This document shows, piece after piece, positions 17,264 to 27,281 of a stretch of 64,000 nucleotides of DNA. Within the stretch, counting starts at the first letter, position 1. Every line of letters starts with the position of its first letter. Source of the stretch: an uncultured Trueperaceae bacterium (GTDB lineage: Bacteria; Deinococcota; Deinococci; Deinococcales; Trueperaceae); assembly GCA_963815215.1 (NCBI GenBank), contig CAWFFU010000014.1, forward strand, positions 18,112-82,111. Direction: 5' to 3'. The notes under the pieces were generated by a model that saw only the letters and a list, made by a program, of their open reading frames with translations, did not search any database and was not told the DNA's origin. The translations under genes were made by a program, and so were the position numbers.

Positions 17264-20184
17264 GACTGACCTTTCAGAGCGCGGCTCTGGGGCGGGGTCG
17301 CGCCGACGCCGACGATGGGCGAGCGGTTGCGCTTGCGCCACTGCCAGATGCCGGCGATCAGCACCAGCGCCAGCAGCGCGAACAGGTAGTTACCGACTTC
17401 CCAGCCGGTCTCCTGGGCCTGGGACAGATGCTCGAGCACGCGCGCGGTGTCGCCGCTGGCCCGGATGCCGAGCAGGCTGGCGTCCTCAGTGGACCAGTCG
17501 ACGGCGTTCTGCAGCACCTTCAGGTCCTCGGCCGAGAGGCTCTGGTTGAGCCGCGAGGCGAGGTTGAGGACGGTGTCGTTGGCGATCTCGCCCGAGCCGA
17601 TGACGACCAGGCGGGAGTTGTCCGGTGACGTCGTGATCACGCCGATCTGGCCCGGCGACCCGGAGCTCGAGCTGCTGCTGCCGCTGCTGCTGCCGCTGCT
17701 GCCTGTGCCCTGTAGCGGGTCCTTCTTGCCCTTGAAGTAGCTGGTGAACGAGCCGCGGATGGCGACCGCCAGCGGGTACGCCTTCTGCGTCTTGCCGATG
17801 GCGAAGCCGTGCTTCGGGTAGCTCTGGAAGTCGGGCACGATGTTGGTGCTCTGCGACGTCCAGGCGTTGGGACTCGACGACATCAGGATGTTCACCTGAC
17901 GGGCCCGGCTCGAGCCTTTCTCCACCGTCAGCGGCGAGGCCCACGGCACCGTCACCGCCGGCAGGTTGGAGGTGATGGGCGAGGAGCGGTCCATGCTGCT
18001 CGGGCGCACGTCGACGAAGAAGGGGTAGTCGACCGCCTGCACCTCCTGCACCGGCACGCCGCCGACGTTGCGGGGCACCACCACCGGGAACTGGGTGTTC
18101 TGCGTGTCCATCACCACCGAGTCGCCTACGCTCACGCCGTAACTCTTGAGCATGTCGGCCAGGCCGCCCTGGACCTTCCGCAGCGCCAGCGTGCCGGAGT
18201 AGGGCTGCTGGGTGAGGGCGTAATCGCCGCCCGCGACCACCACCGAGCCGCCCCGCATCAGGAACTGATCGATGGCGAAGCGCTGCTTGGCGTCCATGCC
18301 CTGCGGCGACAGCACCAGCAAGGTGTCGACGTCGTTGGGAACGGTGCCGTTGGACAGCGATACGGTCTTCACCTGGTAGTCCTTCTGCAGTTGCTGCTGG
18401 AGGAGCTGGGTCCGGTAGATCTGCTGTCGCTGCTGGCCGTTGGCGGTGGGACCGCCGGCGGGCGGCGGCGTCCACAGCCCGACCACCTTGAGGAAACCGG
18501 AGGTCGAGCGCTTCAGCGCCGCGGTGACGGCGTCCTTCACCGTCTTCTGGCTGAAGCTCCCCGAAGGCACCACCACCTGGCTCTTGCCGTCGACGGTGAG
18601 CAGCATCTGCAGGTAGTAGGTGTCGTTCGACAGCAGGCCGGCCGGGATGGGTTGGATGCCGTACTGCTGTTGGAGCTGCTGCGGGGTGTAGCGTCCCTTG
18701 CCGGAACGGGGGTCGACCTGCTGGAAGGTGAACTTGCCCTTGGCGCCGCTCTGGATCGAGTCCGCCACCTTCTTGACGATGGCCGGTGCGTCCTTCAGGC
18801 CCTGGGGCAGCGACGTCGGCGTCGCCAGCAGGGTCAGCTGGGCGGGCTGCTTCAACGAGGCGAGGACCGTGTCGAGGTCGCTGAAGCCCGCCACGTCCTT
18901 CTTGATGGCGCGCGTCAGGTTGTACTCCAGGTTGTTGAGCTCGACGTTGGGCGAGCCGCCGTTCGGGTTCGAGGTGACGTTGATCAGATCGCTGAGCTTG
19001 AGCACCTGGGTCTGGTCGCCGTAGCGCACCAGGATGGCGAAGTAGGCGTTCACGACCGAGGACTGGTAGCGGTTGGCCACCTGGAACGGGTGAGGCTGGA
19101 TGCCGTAGTCCTGGTTGGCGGTCTGCTCGATCTTGGGATTGGTGGAGGGATCCACGACTTCGGCCCTGACGCGCCCGTGCGAGGCGACCTGGTACTCGTG
19201 CAGCATGTCCGCCACCTGCGGGATCAGGGGTTTGAGGAGCGGATGGGTGTCCTTGCTCAGGTAGGCCCGGATGAGCAATGGCTGCTGCAACGAGCCGAGC
19301 AGGTCGCGCGTGGTCGCCGACAGGCTGTAGCGGTGGTCCTGCGTCATGTCGAGGCGCAGGCTGGACAGCGGCAGCATCCAACCGTTGAGCAGCAGCAGGT
19401 TGAGCGCCACGAGTCCCACGCCGAGCAGCCGCGCGTTGCGGTACGGGCGCGTGAGCGCCGTGCCGCTCCAGCGCTTGCTGTCGAGCGACAGCACGTTGAG
19501 CGTGAAGAACAGGCCGGCCAGCGACAGGTAGAAGGCGAGGTCGCGCAGGTCGAGCACGCCCCGTTCGATCGATTGGAAGTGGGTGGTGGTGGAGAGCTCG
19601 CGGAACACCGTGGCGACGCCCGCCGGAACGAAGTCGAGCACGGCGCTGGTGCCGATCAGGTAGAACGCCCCGCCGACCAGCAGGGTCACGATGAGCGACA
19701 CGATCTGGTTGTCGCTGCGCGAGGACACGAACAACCCGATGGCGGTGTAGGCGGCGGCCATCAACAGGGCGGCCACGTAGCCGCCCACGACGGGTCCCCA
19801 ATCGAGGTTGCCCAGCAGGGCGACGGTGATGGGCAGGCTGACGGTCAGGGCCAGGGCCACCGTCACCAGCGCCATCACTGCCAGGAACTTGCCGAGCACC
19901 AGGCGCCAGGCGTCGATCGGTAGGGTGAGGAGCATCTCGAGGGTGCCGGAACGTTGCTCCTCGCTCCACTGGCGCATGGTCAGCGCTGCGACGAGGAACA
20001 CCAGCAGCAACGGCATCCAGGTGAACAACGGCCGCACGTCGGCGATGCCGCGTGCGAAGAAGGTGGCCACCCAGAAGAACACGAAGAAGGTGACCAGCAG
20101 GAAGGTGCCCATGAAGATGAGCGCCAGGGGCGACCCGAAGGCGCTGGAGAGCTCCTTCTTGGCGATGGCGACGGTCTGTCGCAA
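17260..20184 (-). CDS. GldF-GldG fused ABC permease/auxiliary protein
   Basis: ABC-2 permease (KKELSSAFGSP, WSEEQRSGTLEMLLT) fused to a GldG-like domain (RLDMTQDHRYSLS, LEYNLTRAI, IDQFLMRGG); TTG start after GGAGG. Confidence 0.85.
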   Translation of the reverse strand: MRQTVAIAKKELSSAFGSPLALIFMGTFLLVTFFVFFWVATFFARGIADVRPLFTWMPLLLVFLVAALTMRQWSEEQRSGTLEMLLTLPIDAWRLVLGKFLAVMALVTVALALTVSLPITVALLGNLDWGPVVGGYVAALLMAAAYTAIGLFVSSRSDNQIVSLIVTLLVGGAFYLIGTSAVLDFVPAGVATVFRELSTTTHFQSIERGVLDLRDLAFYLSLAGLFFTLNVLSLDSKRWSGTALTRPYRNARLLGVGLVALNLLLLNGWMLPLSSLRLDMTQDHRYSLSATTRDLLGSLQQPLLIRAYLSKDTHPLLKPLIPQVADMLHEYQVASHGRVRAEVVDPSTNPKIEQTANQDYGIQPHPFQVANRYQSSVVNAYFAILVRYGDQTQVLKLSDLINVTSNPNGGSPNVELNNLEYNLTRAIKKDVAGFSDLDTVLASLKQPAQLTLLATPTSLPQGLKDAPAIVKKVADSIQSGAKGKFTFQQVDPRSGKGRYTPQQLQQQYGIQPIPAGLLSNDTYYLQMLLTVDGKSQVVVPSGSFSQKTVKDAVTAALKRSTSGFLKVVGLWTPPPAGGPTANGQQRQQIYRTQLLQQQLQKDYQVKTVSLSNGTVPNDVDTLLVLSPQGMDAKQRFAIDQFLMRGGSVVVAGGDYALTQQPYSGTLALRKVQGGLADMLKSYGVSVGDSVVMDTQNTQFPVVVPRNVGGVPVQEVQAVDYPFFVDVRPSSMDRSSPITSNLPAVTVPWASPLTVEKGSSRARQVNILMSSSPNAWTSQSTNIVPDFQSYPKHGFAIGKTQKAYPLAVAIRGSFTSYFKGKKDPLQGTGSSGSSSGSSSSSSGSPGQIGVITTSPDNSRLVVIGSGEIANDTVLNLASRLNQSLSAEDLKVLQNAVDWSTEDASLLGIRASGDTARVLEHLSQAQETGWEVGNYLFALLALVLIAGIWQWRKRNRSPIVGVGATPPQSRALKGQS

Positions 20185-20196
20185 GTCCGTACCTCC

Positions 20197-21174
20197 CTAG
20201 GCGGCGGACGGCGCGCTCGAGGCGGCCTGCGCGCTCGAGGCGGCCGGCGCACTCTGGCGGGCCAGCTCGTTGAACACGGTCTCCAACGTGCGGGTCTCGC
20301 GCCGCAACTCCCGCAGCGGCCAGTCCCGCTGCTTGGCGAGCTCGAAGATGGCGGGGCACAGGTCGAGGTCGTCCTCGGCATGCACCACGTACGCTACGCG
20401 GCCGTCCGCGGGCGCGCCCGGTTGGACGCCCTGCGCGCCCGGCAGGCCGCGGAGCGCCTCGCTCACGGCGGGGTCGGCGGCGCTACCCTCCAGCACCAGC
20501 CTCGCGGTGCCGCTCTTGGCGAGGTCCGAGAGCTGCGCGTCGGCGCGGATCACGCCGCCCATGATCATCACGGCGCGGTCACACAGCGCCTCCACCTCGG
20601 GCAGGATGTGGCTGGAGAAGAGCACCGTGCTGGTCTTGGCCAGCGTCCGAACGAGCTGCCGGATCTCGGCGAGCTGGGTGGGATCGAGGCCGACGGTGGG
20701 CTCGTCGAGGATCAACAGCTTGGGCCGGTGCAGGATGGCCTGTGCGATCCCCACGCGCTGCCGGTAGCCCTTGGAGAGGTGCTGGATGGGGCGGGTCAGC
20801 ATGGGACCCAGCCCGGTGGCGCGGATGGCGTCGGAGAGCGACGTCGTTTGCTGGGCGCGCGGGATGCGGCGCACCTCCGCCATCATCAACAGGTACTCCT
20901 GAACCGTCAGCTCGGGGTAGAGCGGGGCGTTCTCGGGCAGGTAGCCGATACGCTCCTGCGCCTTCCGGCGCTCCACCAGGACGTCGAAGTCCTCGATGCT
21001 GACCTGCCCGCTGTCGGGCTGCAGGTAGCCGGTGAGGATCTTCATCAGGGTGGACTTGCCGGCGCCGTTGGGCCCCAATAGGCCCACGATGGTGCCGGCC
21101 TCGATGCGGAAGCTCACGTCCTGTAGCGCCCGCACCGCGCCGTACGATTTGGATACGTTCCGAACGTCGACCAA
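20197..21174 (-). CDS. ABC transporter ATP-binding protein, GldA-like
   Basis: GPNGAGKST, LSKGYRQRVG, ILDEPT; TTG start after GGAGG (the longer ORF-track extension is not credible). Confidence 0.9.
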   Translation of the reverse strand: MVDVRNVSKSYGAVRALQDVSFRIEAGTIVGLLGPNGAGKSTLMKILTGYLQPDSGQVSIEDFDVLVERRKAQERIGYLPENAPLYPELTVQEYLLMMAEVRRIPRAQQTTSLSDAIRATGLGPMLTRPIQHLSKGYRQRVGIAQAILHRPKLLILDEPTVGLDPTQLAEIRQLVRTLAKTSTVLFSSHILPEVEALCDRAVMIMGGVIRADAQLSDLAKSGTARLVLEGSAADPAVSEALRGLPGAQGVQPGAPADGRVAYVVHAEDDLDLCPAIFELAKQRDWPLRELRRETRTLETVFNELARQSAPAASSAQAASSAPSAA

Positions 21175-21507
21175 GTTGGACCTCCCGACTCCGCGGTCGT
21201 TCGTGCGCGTTGTGCTGGTGCCGGCGAGGGCTTCGAACGCCGGCGCTGCCGGCGCGGCTCGGGCGGCGTGCGGCCGCACGCCGCCCGAGCGGGGGGTTTC
21301 GCCGTCACCCAAGGGGTTTACCGAATCCCAGATGAACCGTAGACCAGGGTTTCGTGAAGATGTTGAGCGCAACGTGGGAAGCGCGCTCGCCGGCCCGCCG
21401 CGACACACGCCGCTGTCGGATGGGCGAGCGCTCCGTAGAATGCATGGAACGGCTCGGAAACGGCACGCTGGCCGCATTTCGCGGGCGGCGACCCCACGCC
21501 GCGGGAG

Positions 21508-24099
21508 ATGACGCGCATGTCGCTGGTCCACAGTCCCTACGTACCGTCGCTCGTCCTCAGCGGCCTCGCGCTGCTGGTGCTGGCGTGGGTCGCGTGGGCG
21601 CGCCGCCGCGACGTCCGGGGCGGGCAGGCGCTGACCGTGCTGGCCGTGCTCGGTGCCTGGTGGGCGGGGGCGCTGGCACTGTGGGTGGCGGCCGGTGGCG
21701 GCACGCTCGGCGCGGAGGCGCTGCGCCTGCAGGCGGCCGCCGGTGTGCTGGTGCCGTGGGCGCTGCTGGCGTTCGCGCTGCGGGCCACGCGCCTCGTGGA
21801 GCGCCAGGGCGCGATCCTGTGGGGGCTGGCGGTGCCGGCGGTCGCCTTCGCCGCTCTCGCCTTCGGTCCGATCGGCGGGCTGTCGTTGTGGCGGTCCCTG
21901 AGCACGCGCGCCGCGTTCGACGGATCGCTGTGGGTGGGTGAGGCCACCGTCTACGGCCCCCTGGCCGGCGCCTTCGACGCGATCCTGATCGGTGTGGCGG
22001 TGGCCTTGCTGGCGGTGGCGGTGGTGCGCGCGCCGGCGCCGCGCCGGGCGCCGCACGCCTGGACGCTGGCGGGCGTGGTCCTACCGGCGGTGGCCGCCGC
22101 CGTGGTGGGGCTGGGTGCGGCGGTCGCGCCGAGCGCCCTCCCGGCGGCGCTGGCGTTGCTGCCGCCGGCCGCGTTCCTGCTCGCGCCGGCTGCGCTGGCC
22201 GTTGCCCACGGGCTCTTCGGCGACGAACGCACGCGCGCCGGGGAAGCGACCGATGAGCGGTCGGCCGCAGGTACGGCTGCAGCCACGGTCGCAGCGGGGA
22301 CGCGCCGCCGCGAGCTGGTCGACCACCTCGAGCAACCGGTGCTGTGGCTCGACGGGGCGTCGCGAGTGAGGTACGCCAATGCCGCGGCCGGCCTGCTGTT
22401 CCGCCGCGAGGCGGGGCTGCTGGGGGAGCCCGCCGAGGCCCTGTTCCGCGACCTCCCCGCGATGCTGGCGGCACTGCTGCGCCGGCGCCGCGCGGTGCTC
22501 GAGATCGAGTTGTCGCGCGCGACCGGCAGGCTGCGCTACGAGGCGTGGTTGACGCCGCTGCTCGAGCCCAGCGGACGGCACGCCGGGATGCTGCTGACGC
22601 TGGTAGACAGCGCCCGGCTGCGCCGGGCGGAGGCCACAGCGGAGGTGGTGGAGGCGCAGGAGCGGCGTCACGAGGCGTTGCTCGAAGCGCTTCACGAGGC
22701 GCTCCGCGCCATCGGTCGGGGCGAGGCGCTGGGGCTGCTGCTCGACATCGTGCTGACCAGCGCCGCGGGGGCGCTGGAGGTTCCACACGCCGCGCTCTAC
22801 CTGCACGACCCGGCGGCCGACGTGCTGCGACGGCGCACGGCCGTCGGCGGCTTCGAGGCGCGCGAGGAGTCGCCGCTGCGGCCTCAGGAGGGGCTGGCGG
22901 GCCAGGCGTGGGCGTCGACCTCGGTGGTGTCGGCCGAGGCGCTGCCCGTCGAAGGCGCGGACCGCGACGCTGCGGACCGCGATGACGCTGCGACCTGGGC
23001 GGGCGCCGCGGTGGCGGTGCCGCTGCGCCTGGCGGGCCGGAGCCTCGGCGTACTGCAGGTGGCGCGACGCCATGCCGACCGCCGGCCCTTCGGGCCCGAG
23101 GAGGTGAACGCCCTTGAGCGCTTCGCGGAGCTGGCGGCGATCGCGGTCCGGGACGCGCGGGCGCGCGAGCGCGCCGAGCGGGCCGAGGACGAGCTGGCGT
23201 GGCTCGATCAACTCGACGTGGCCATCGCGCAGCAGGAGCCCGACACTGCGGTGCTCGATCTGGCGTTGAGCGCGGCGCGCGCGGCCGCCGGTTTCGAGCG
23301 GGCGGTGGTGTGGCTGCCTTCGTCGGACGGGCGGGTGCTGGAGGCGAGCGCCTGGCTGGGGCTCGAGCTGGGGCCGGAGTCGACGCAGCGGGTGCTGCTG
23401 GACGGCTCGGCGCCGCTGCTCGAGGACGCCTTCCTCGGCGGCCACGAGATCGTGCTGCGGGGGGGCGGGCCGCTGCCGCAGCGGCTGCAGCCGAGCGGAC
23501 CGGTGGCGGCGTCGCCGCTGATGCGCGCGGCCTGGCCGGTGGTGCTCCCGCTGCACGGCTCCGCCGGGGTGGTGGGGGTGCTGGTCGCCGACGACCAACA
23601 GCAGGGCGCCGACCTCGATCTGCGCCTGCGGGTGCTACGGCGCATCGCCGCGCGTGCGGGGCAGGCCCTCGACCGGGCACGCCTGCGTCAGGAGGCGAGT
23701 TGCCGTGCCGCCGAGGTGGAACGCGCGCGGACCCAGGTCCAGGCTGCGCTGGCGGCCCGAGAAGCGCTCCTGAACGCCCTTCCCGTCGCCTACTTCGAGA
23801 CCGATCTGCGGGGTGAGCTCACGCGCGCCTCGCCCGAGCTGGCGCGCCTGGCCGGGTTCGACGAGGACGTGTTGCGCGGCATCTACCTGGGCGATCTGGC
23901 GGCGTCCGGCGGCGAGGGCGCGCTGACCGAGCTGTTCGGACGTGTCCTGCGCAATGGGCACGTCGCCCGGCGCGCGTCGTGGGCGCTGCTGGCCCGCCGC
24001 GGGGCGGTGGTGCCGGTGGAGCTGTCGATCGGCCTGCTGCGCGGACCGACCGGCGATGCGGCCGGCTACTTCGGTCTGCTGACGCCGCGCCCGCGCTAG
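21508..24099 (+). CDS. Membrane sensor: HisKA_7TM-like N-terminus + PAS + 2 GAF + PAS, no recognisable output domain
   Basis: Hydrophobic N-terminal ~240 aa; PAS (VLWLDGASRVRYANAAA); GAF (GLAGQAW, VPLRLAGRSLGVL); terminal PAS (AYFETDLRGEL...PVELSI). Confidence 0.75.
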   Translation: MTRMSLVHSPYVPSLVLSGLALLVLAWVAWARRRDVRGGQALTVLAVLGAWWAGALALWVAAGGGTLGAEALRLQAAAGVLVPWALLAFALRATRLVERQGAILWGLAVPAVAFAALAFGPIGGLSLWRSLSTRAAFDGSLWVGEATVYGPLAGAFDAILIGVAVALLAVAVVRAPAPRRAPHAWTLAGVVLPAVAAAVVGLGAAVAPSALPAALALLPPAAFLLAPAALAVAHGLFGDERTRAGEATDERSAAGTAAATVAAGTRRRELVDHLEQPVLWLDGASRVRYANAAAGLLFRREAGLLGEPAEALFRDLPAMLAALLRRRRAVLEIELSRATGRLRYEAWLTPLLEPSGRHAGMLLTLVDSARLRRAEATAEVVEAQERRHEALLEALHEALRAIGRGEALGLLLDIVLTSAAGALEVPHAALYLHDPAADVLRRRTAVGGFEAREESPLRPQEGLAGQAWASTSVVSAEALPVEGADRDAADRDDAATWAGAAVAVPLRLAGRSLGVLQVARRHADRRPFGPEEVNALERFAELAAIAVRDARARERAERAEDELAWLDQLDVAIAQQEPDTAVLDLALSAARAAAGFERAVVWLPSSDGRVLEASAWLGLELGPESTQRVLLDGSAPLLEDAFLGGHEIVLRGGGPLPQRLQPSGPVAASPLMRAAWPVVLPLHGSAGVVGVLVADDQQQGADLDLRLRVLRRIAARAGQALDRARLRQEASCRAAEVERARTQVQAALAAREALLNALPVAYFETDLRGELTRASPELARLAGFDEDVLRGIYLGDLAASGGEGALTELFGRVLRNGHVARRASWALLARRGAVVPVELSIGLLRGPTGDAAGYFGLLTPRPR

Positions 24100-24146
24100 C
24101 GCCCTGGGGCGCGTCTGCAACGGCGTCGGTGCTACGCTGAGCGCAC

Positions 24147-25028
24147 ATGTCCCGGCCGGAGCCGCCCCCGATACCTCTCGACCTACCGCCCGCGCGCGGC
24201 GCCGCCGCCGTCACCTTGGTGGTGGGGGCCGGCGGCGCGGCGAGCGCCGCGGCGGTGGGCGCACTGCGCGCGCTGCAGCGTGCCGGCGTGAGGGTCGGCG
24301 GCATCGTGGGCAGCTCTAGCGGAGGGGCGGTGGCGGCGGCGTTGGCGCTGGGCTGGGAGGCCGGGACCACCGAAGCGGTGCTGCGGCGTCTGTGGGTGCC
24401 CGCCGTGATGCGCGGCGCGCGGCAGCGCGCCGCGCTTCGCCTGGCGCTGCCGGGACTGGCGCGTGGCGCCGCCTTCGCGCTGAGCGAGGGCGGGGCGTTG
24501 ACGGAGCGCGTGCGCCGCGCCTTCGGCGAGGCGCACTTCGAGGACGCCCGCATCCCGCTGCGGATCATCGCGACCGATCTGGAGAGCGGTGAGCGTGTGC
24601 GCCTCGAGCAGGGCTCGCTGGCCGACGCGGTCCGCGCCAGCCTCAGCGTGCCGCTGCTCTTCCCGCCGGTGCCCTGGCAGGGCCGGCAGCTGGTGGACGG
24701 CGCCCTCTCCGATCCGCTGCCGGTACTGGAGGCGGTGGGATGGGGCTCGGAGGTGGTGGTGGCGCTGGGCTTCATGAGCCGGGCGCCGCAGCGCGCCGGA
24801 GGGGCGCTGGCGGCAGTGCTGTCGACCCACGTGGCGGCGGTCAACAACCTGATGCGGCTGGCGTCGGCATACTACGACCTGGCGGCGCCGCTGCGGGTCT
24901 TGCGGCTCGAGCCCGCGCCCTTCGCCGTCACGCCCATGTTCGACGGCTCCGGCACCGCCGAGGCGATCGCCGCCGGCGAGCGCGCCATGGAGGACGCCAT
25001 GCCGGAACTCGCCCGCCTGCTGGCGTGA
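24147..25028 (+). CDS. Patatin-like phospholipase (RssA-like)
   Basis: GAGGA, GSSSG nucleophile elbow, ATDLESGE, AVRAS, DGA motif. Confidence 0.85.
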   Translation: MSRPEPPPIPLDLPPARGAAAVTLVVGAGGAASAAAVGALRALQRAGVRVGGIVGSSSGGAVAAALALGWEAGTTEAVLRRLWVPAVMRGARQRAALRLALPGLARGAAFALSEGGALTERVRRAFGEAHFEDARIPLRIIATDLESGERVRLEQGSLADAVRASLSVPLLFPPVPWQGRQLVDGALSDPLPVLEAVGWGSEVVVALGFMSRAPQRAGGALAAVLSTHVAAVNNLMRLASAYYDLAAPLRVLRLEPAPFAVTPMFDGSGTAEAIAAGERAMEDAMPELARLLA

Positions 25029-25034
25029 GCGGCG

Positions 25035-25460
25035 TCAGGCGCTCTGTCGGCTGTCGATGAGTTGCGCCAGGTACACGCGGTCGAGCGTCTCGCGGATGGC
25101 GAGACTGGTGCTGACCCACGCCACGTTGAGGCGACAGAAGCCCGTGCGCTGCTGGGTGGCGCAGCGCGCCTGGGTCTGGCAGGTATCGACCACCACCGAC
25201 CCGGACACCGCCTCGATCACGTCGAGTAACGACAACCGTTCGACATCGACGCGCAGCGTGACGCCGCCGTTGCGCCCCGGCCTGCTCTCCAGGAAGCGCG
25301 CGGCGGACAGCTTGCGCAGCACCTTCGCCAGGAAGGCGGGCGGCATCTGCAGGTCCTTGGCTATGAGGGCGGCGCTCGCGCCCGGGTTCTCGGCGGCGTA
25401 GATGAGGGCGTGGATGGCGTAGCTCTCCTCGCGCCTCAGCAGGGTCCGGATGTCATGCAT
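25035..25460 (-). CDS. Rrf2-family transcriptional regulator with three Cys (Fe-S binding type)
   Basis: YAIHAL, FLAKVLRKL, SRPGRNGG, SLLDVIEAV, C-x5-C-x8-C. Confidence 0.88.
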   Translation of the reverse strand: MHDIRTLLRREESYAIHALIYAAENPGASAALIAKDLQMPPAFLAKVLRKLSAARFLESRPGRNGGVTLRVDVERLSLLDVIEAVSGSVVVDTCQTQARCATQQRTGFCRLNVAWVSTSLAIRETLDRVYLAQLIDSRQSA

Positions 25461-25625
25461 GCCAGTGCTCCGGCGGCAACCCGAGCTGCCACCATGCTAG
25501 CAGACAAACGCGGAGATGGCGCTCGGATTTGGAGGCGATGCAGCGTCTGTTGCCCGGTTCGGGCCTGTCGAAAGGGGACAGTGGTGTCCGAGTATGGACG
25601 GGGGCGGTGGTGGGGCCGGGGGAGG

Positions 25626-27257
25626 TCAATGCGGCAGCGCCAGCAGCAGCACCTGCGCCAGCAGGATCTTGACGATGGTGGCCAGCGGGAACACGGTGGC
25701 GTAGCCGACGTTGGGCAGGTCGTTGCCGGTCTGCTCGTTGGCGAAGCCCAGCACCGCCGGCTGCGTCTGCTGCCCCGACAACATGCCGATCAGCAGGCTC
25801 ATGGGGATGCGCAACAGCCGGCTTCCCACCACCAGCGTCAGCAGGGCGCTGGCGCAGGTGACGAGCGCGCCGCCCAGGAACAGCTTCAGACCGCCGCCGC
25901 CGGCGAGAGTGGTCGCGAAGGCGTGGCCGCTGCGGGTGCCGATCCCGGCGAGGAACAGCACCAGCCCGAGCTGGCGCAGCGTCAGGTTGGCGCTGTAGGG
26001 TGGCTGCCACACGATGGGCCCGGTGCGCCGCAGGGCGGACAGCGCCAGCGCCACGACCAGCGGGCCGCCCGCGAAGCCCAGTCGGAAGGTGAGGCCGCCG
26101 GGCAGCGGCAACGGCACCAGGCCGAGCGCCAGCCCCAGCGCGATGCCGAGGCCGAAGGGAAGCACGTCGATCTCGGACAGCGAGCGGTAGGAATCGCCGA
26201 AGAAGTGCCCGACCGCGTCCATGCGGTCGCGGCGGGTGACGACACGGACGCGGTCACCGAGCTCCAGCCGCATGCCCCCCGAGGGGAGCAGGTCGCTGTC
26301 GCCGCGCCGCACGCGCGTCACCAGCGCACCGAAGCGCTCCAGCAGGCCCAGGTCGCGCAACGCCCTACCTGCCACCTCCGGTCGCGACACGAAGATGCGC
26401 CGCACGTCCAGGCGCGCCCGGTCGAACTCGAGGTGCTCCGGGCTGGGCTCGCCCAGCGCCGGCACCACCGCCTGCAGGTCCTCGGCGGCGCCCACCAGGG
26501 TGACGTCGTCGCCGGGGCGCAGCACGGTGTCGCCGTGCACCAGGTCGAGCTCGTCACCGCGCCGGAAGCGTGCGAAGAGCACGTGCCAGCGCTCGCGCTC
26601 CAGCCACCCCTGAACGTTCCGCTCGGCCATGTCGGGGCGGGTGATGCGCACCGTCGCCGCGTCCAGCCGCTCGCCCGAGGCGCCCAGGTCGCGCAGCGCC
26701 CGCGCCTCCTTGCGGTAGTCGATGTGCCAGAGCCGCTGCGCGATGAAGATCGCCAGGATGACCCCCACGACGCCCACCGGGTAGCTGATCGAGTACGCCA
26801 CCACGGGCTGGTTGTCGAGCGCCGCCCGCCCGCTCTGCTGTAGCGTCTCCACCAGGCTGGCGAGGGCGGGCGTGTTGGTGAGCCCTCCCGCGAACAGGCC
26901 GGCGGCGAACGGTCCCGGGATCCCGAGACCCAGTGCGAGCGCCGTGGTCACACCGGCGGCGAAGAGCAGCGAGGCCAGCACCAGCAGGTTGTCGCGCAAC
27001 CCGCGCCGTCCGAACGACGCGAAGAAGCCGGGTCCGCTGGCCAGCCCCACGGTGTACACGAAGATCACCAGGCCGAGCTGGTAGACGAGATCTGGCAGCC
27101 GCAGGCTGGGGTCGATCGCGCCTACCCCCAACCCCACGAACAACACGGCTGCGACGCCGAGGTTGAAGCCTGCCACCCGGATGCGCCCCAACGGATAACC
27201 CAGCGCTGCGACGATGAAGAGTAGCAGCAGCGGATTGCTGGCGATCAGTGCGACCAT
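25626..27257 (-). CDS. Aspartate:alanine exchanger (AspT/YidE) family transporter with two TrkA-C domains
   Basis: LGVAAVLFVGL, FVYTVGLASGPGFF, GGLTNTPALA, TQPAVL. Confidence 0.88.
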   Translation of the reverse strand: MVALIASNPLLLLFIVAALGYPLGRIRVAGFNLGVAAVLFVGLGVGAIDPSLRLPDLVYQLGLVIFVYTVGLASGPGFFASFGRRGLRDNLLVLASLLFAAGVTTALALGLGIPGPFAAGLFAGGLTNTPALASLVETLQQSGRAALDNQPVVAYSISYPVGVVGVILAIFIAQRLWHIDYRKEARALRDLGASGERLDAATVRITRPDMAERNVQGWLERERWHVLFARFRRGDELDLVHGDTVLRPGDDVTLVGAAEDLQAVVPALGEPSPEHLEFDRARLDVRRIFVSRPEVAGRALRDLGLLERFGALVTRVRRGDSDLLPSGGMRLELGDRVRVVTRRDRMDAVGHFFGDSYRSLSEIDVLPFGLGIALGLALGLVPLPLPGGLTFRLGFAGGPLVVALALSALRRTGPIVWQPPYSANLTLRQLGLVLFLAGIGTRSGHAFATTLAGGGGLKLFLGGALVTCASALLTLVVGSRLLRIPMSLLIGMLSGQQTQPAVLGFANEQTGNDLPNVGYATVFPLATIVKILLAQVLLLALPH

Positions 27258-27281
27258 GACGGAGAGCGGGCGGGCGGCGGG

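Noticed and set aside
21291..21345. Third copy of the inverted-repeat element (GGGGGGTTTC start)
   Set aside because: No GAAYGTCAAG box at the expected spacing and no opposite arm
24147..25028. Patatin as a CBASS/anti-phage effector
   Set aside because: No cyclase or other defence genes nearby; the sequence resembles housekeeping RssA-type patatins
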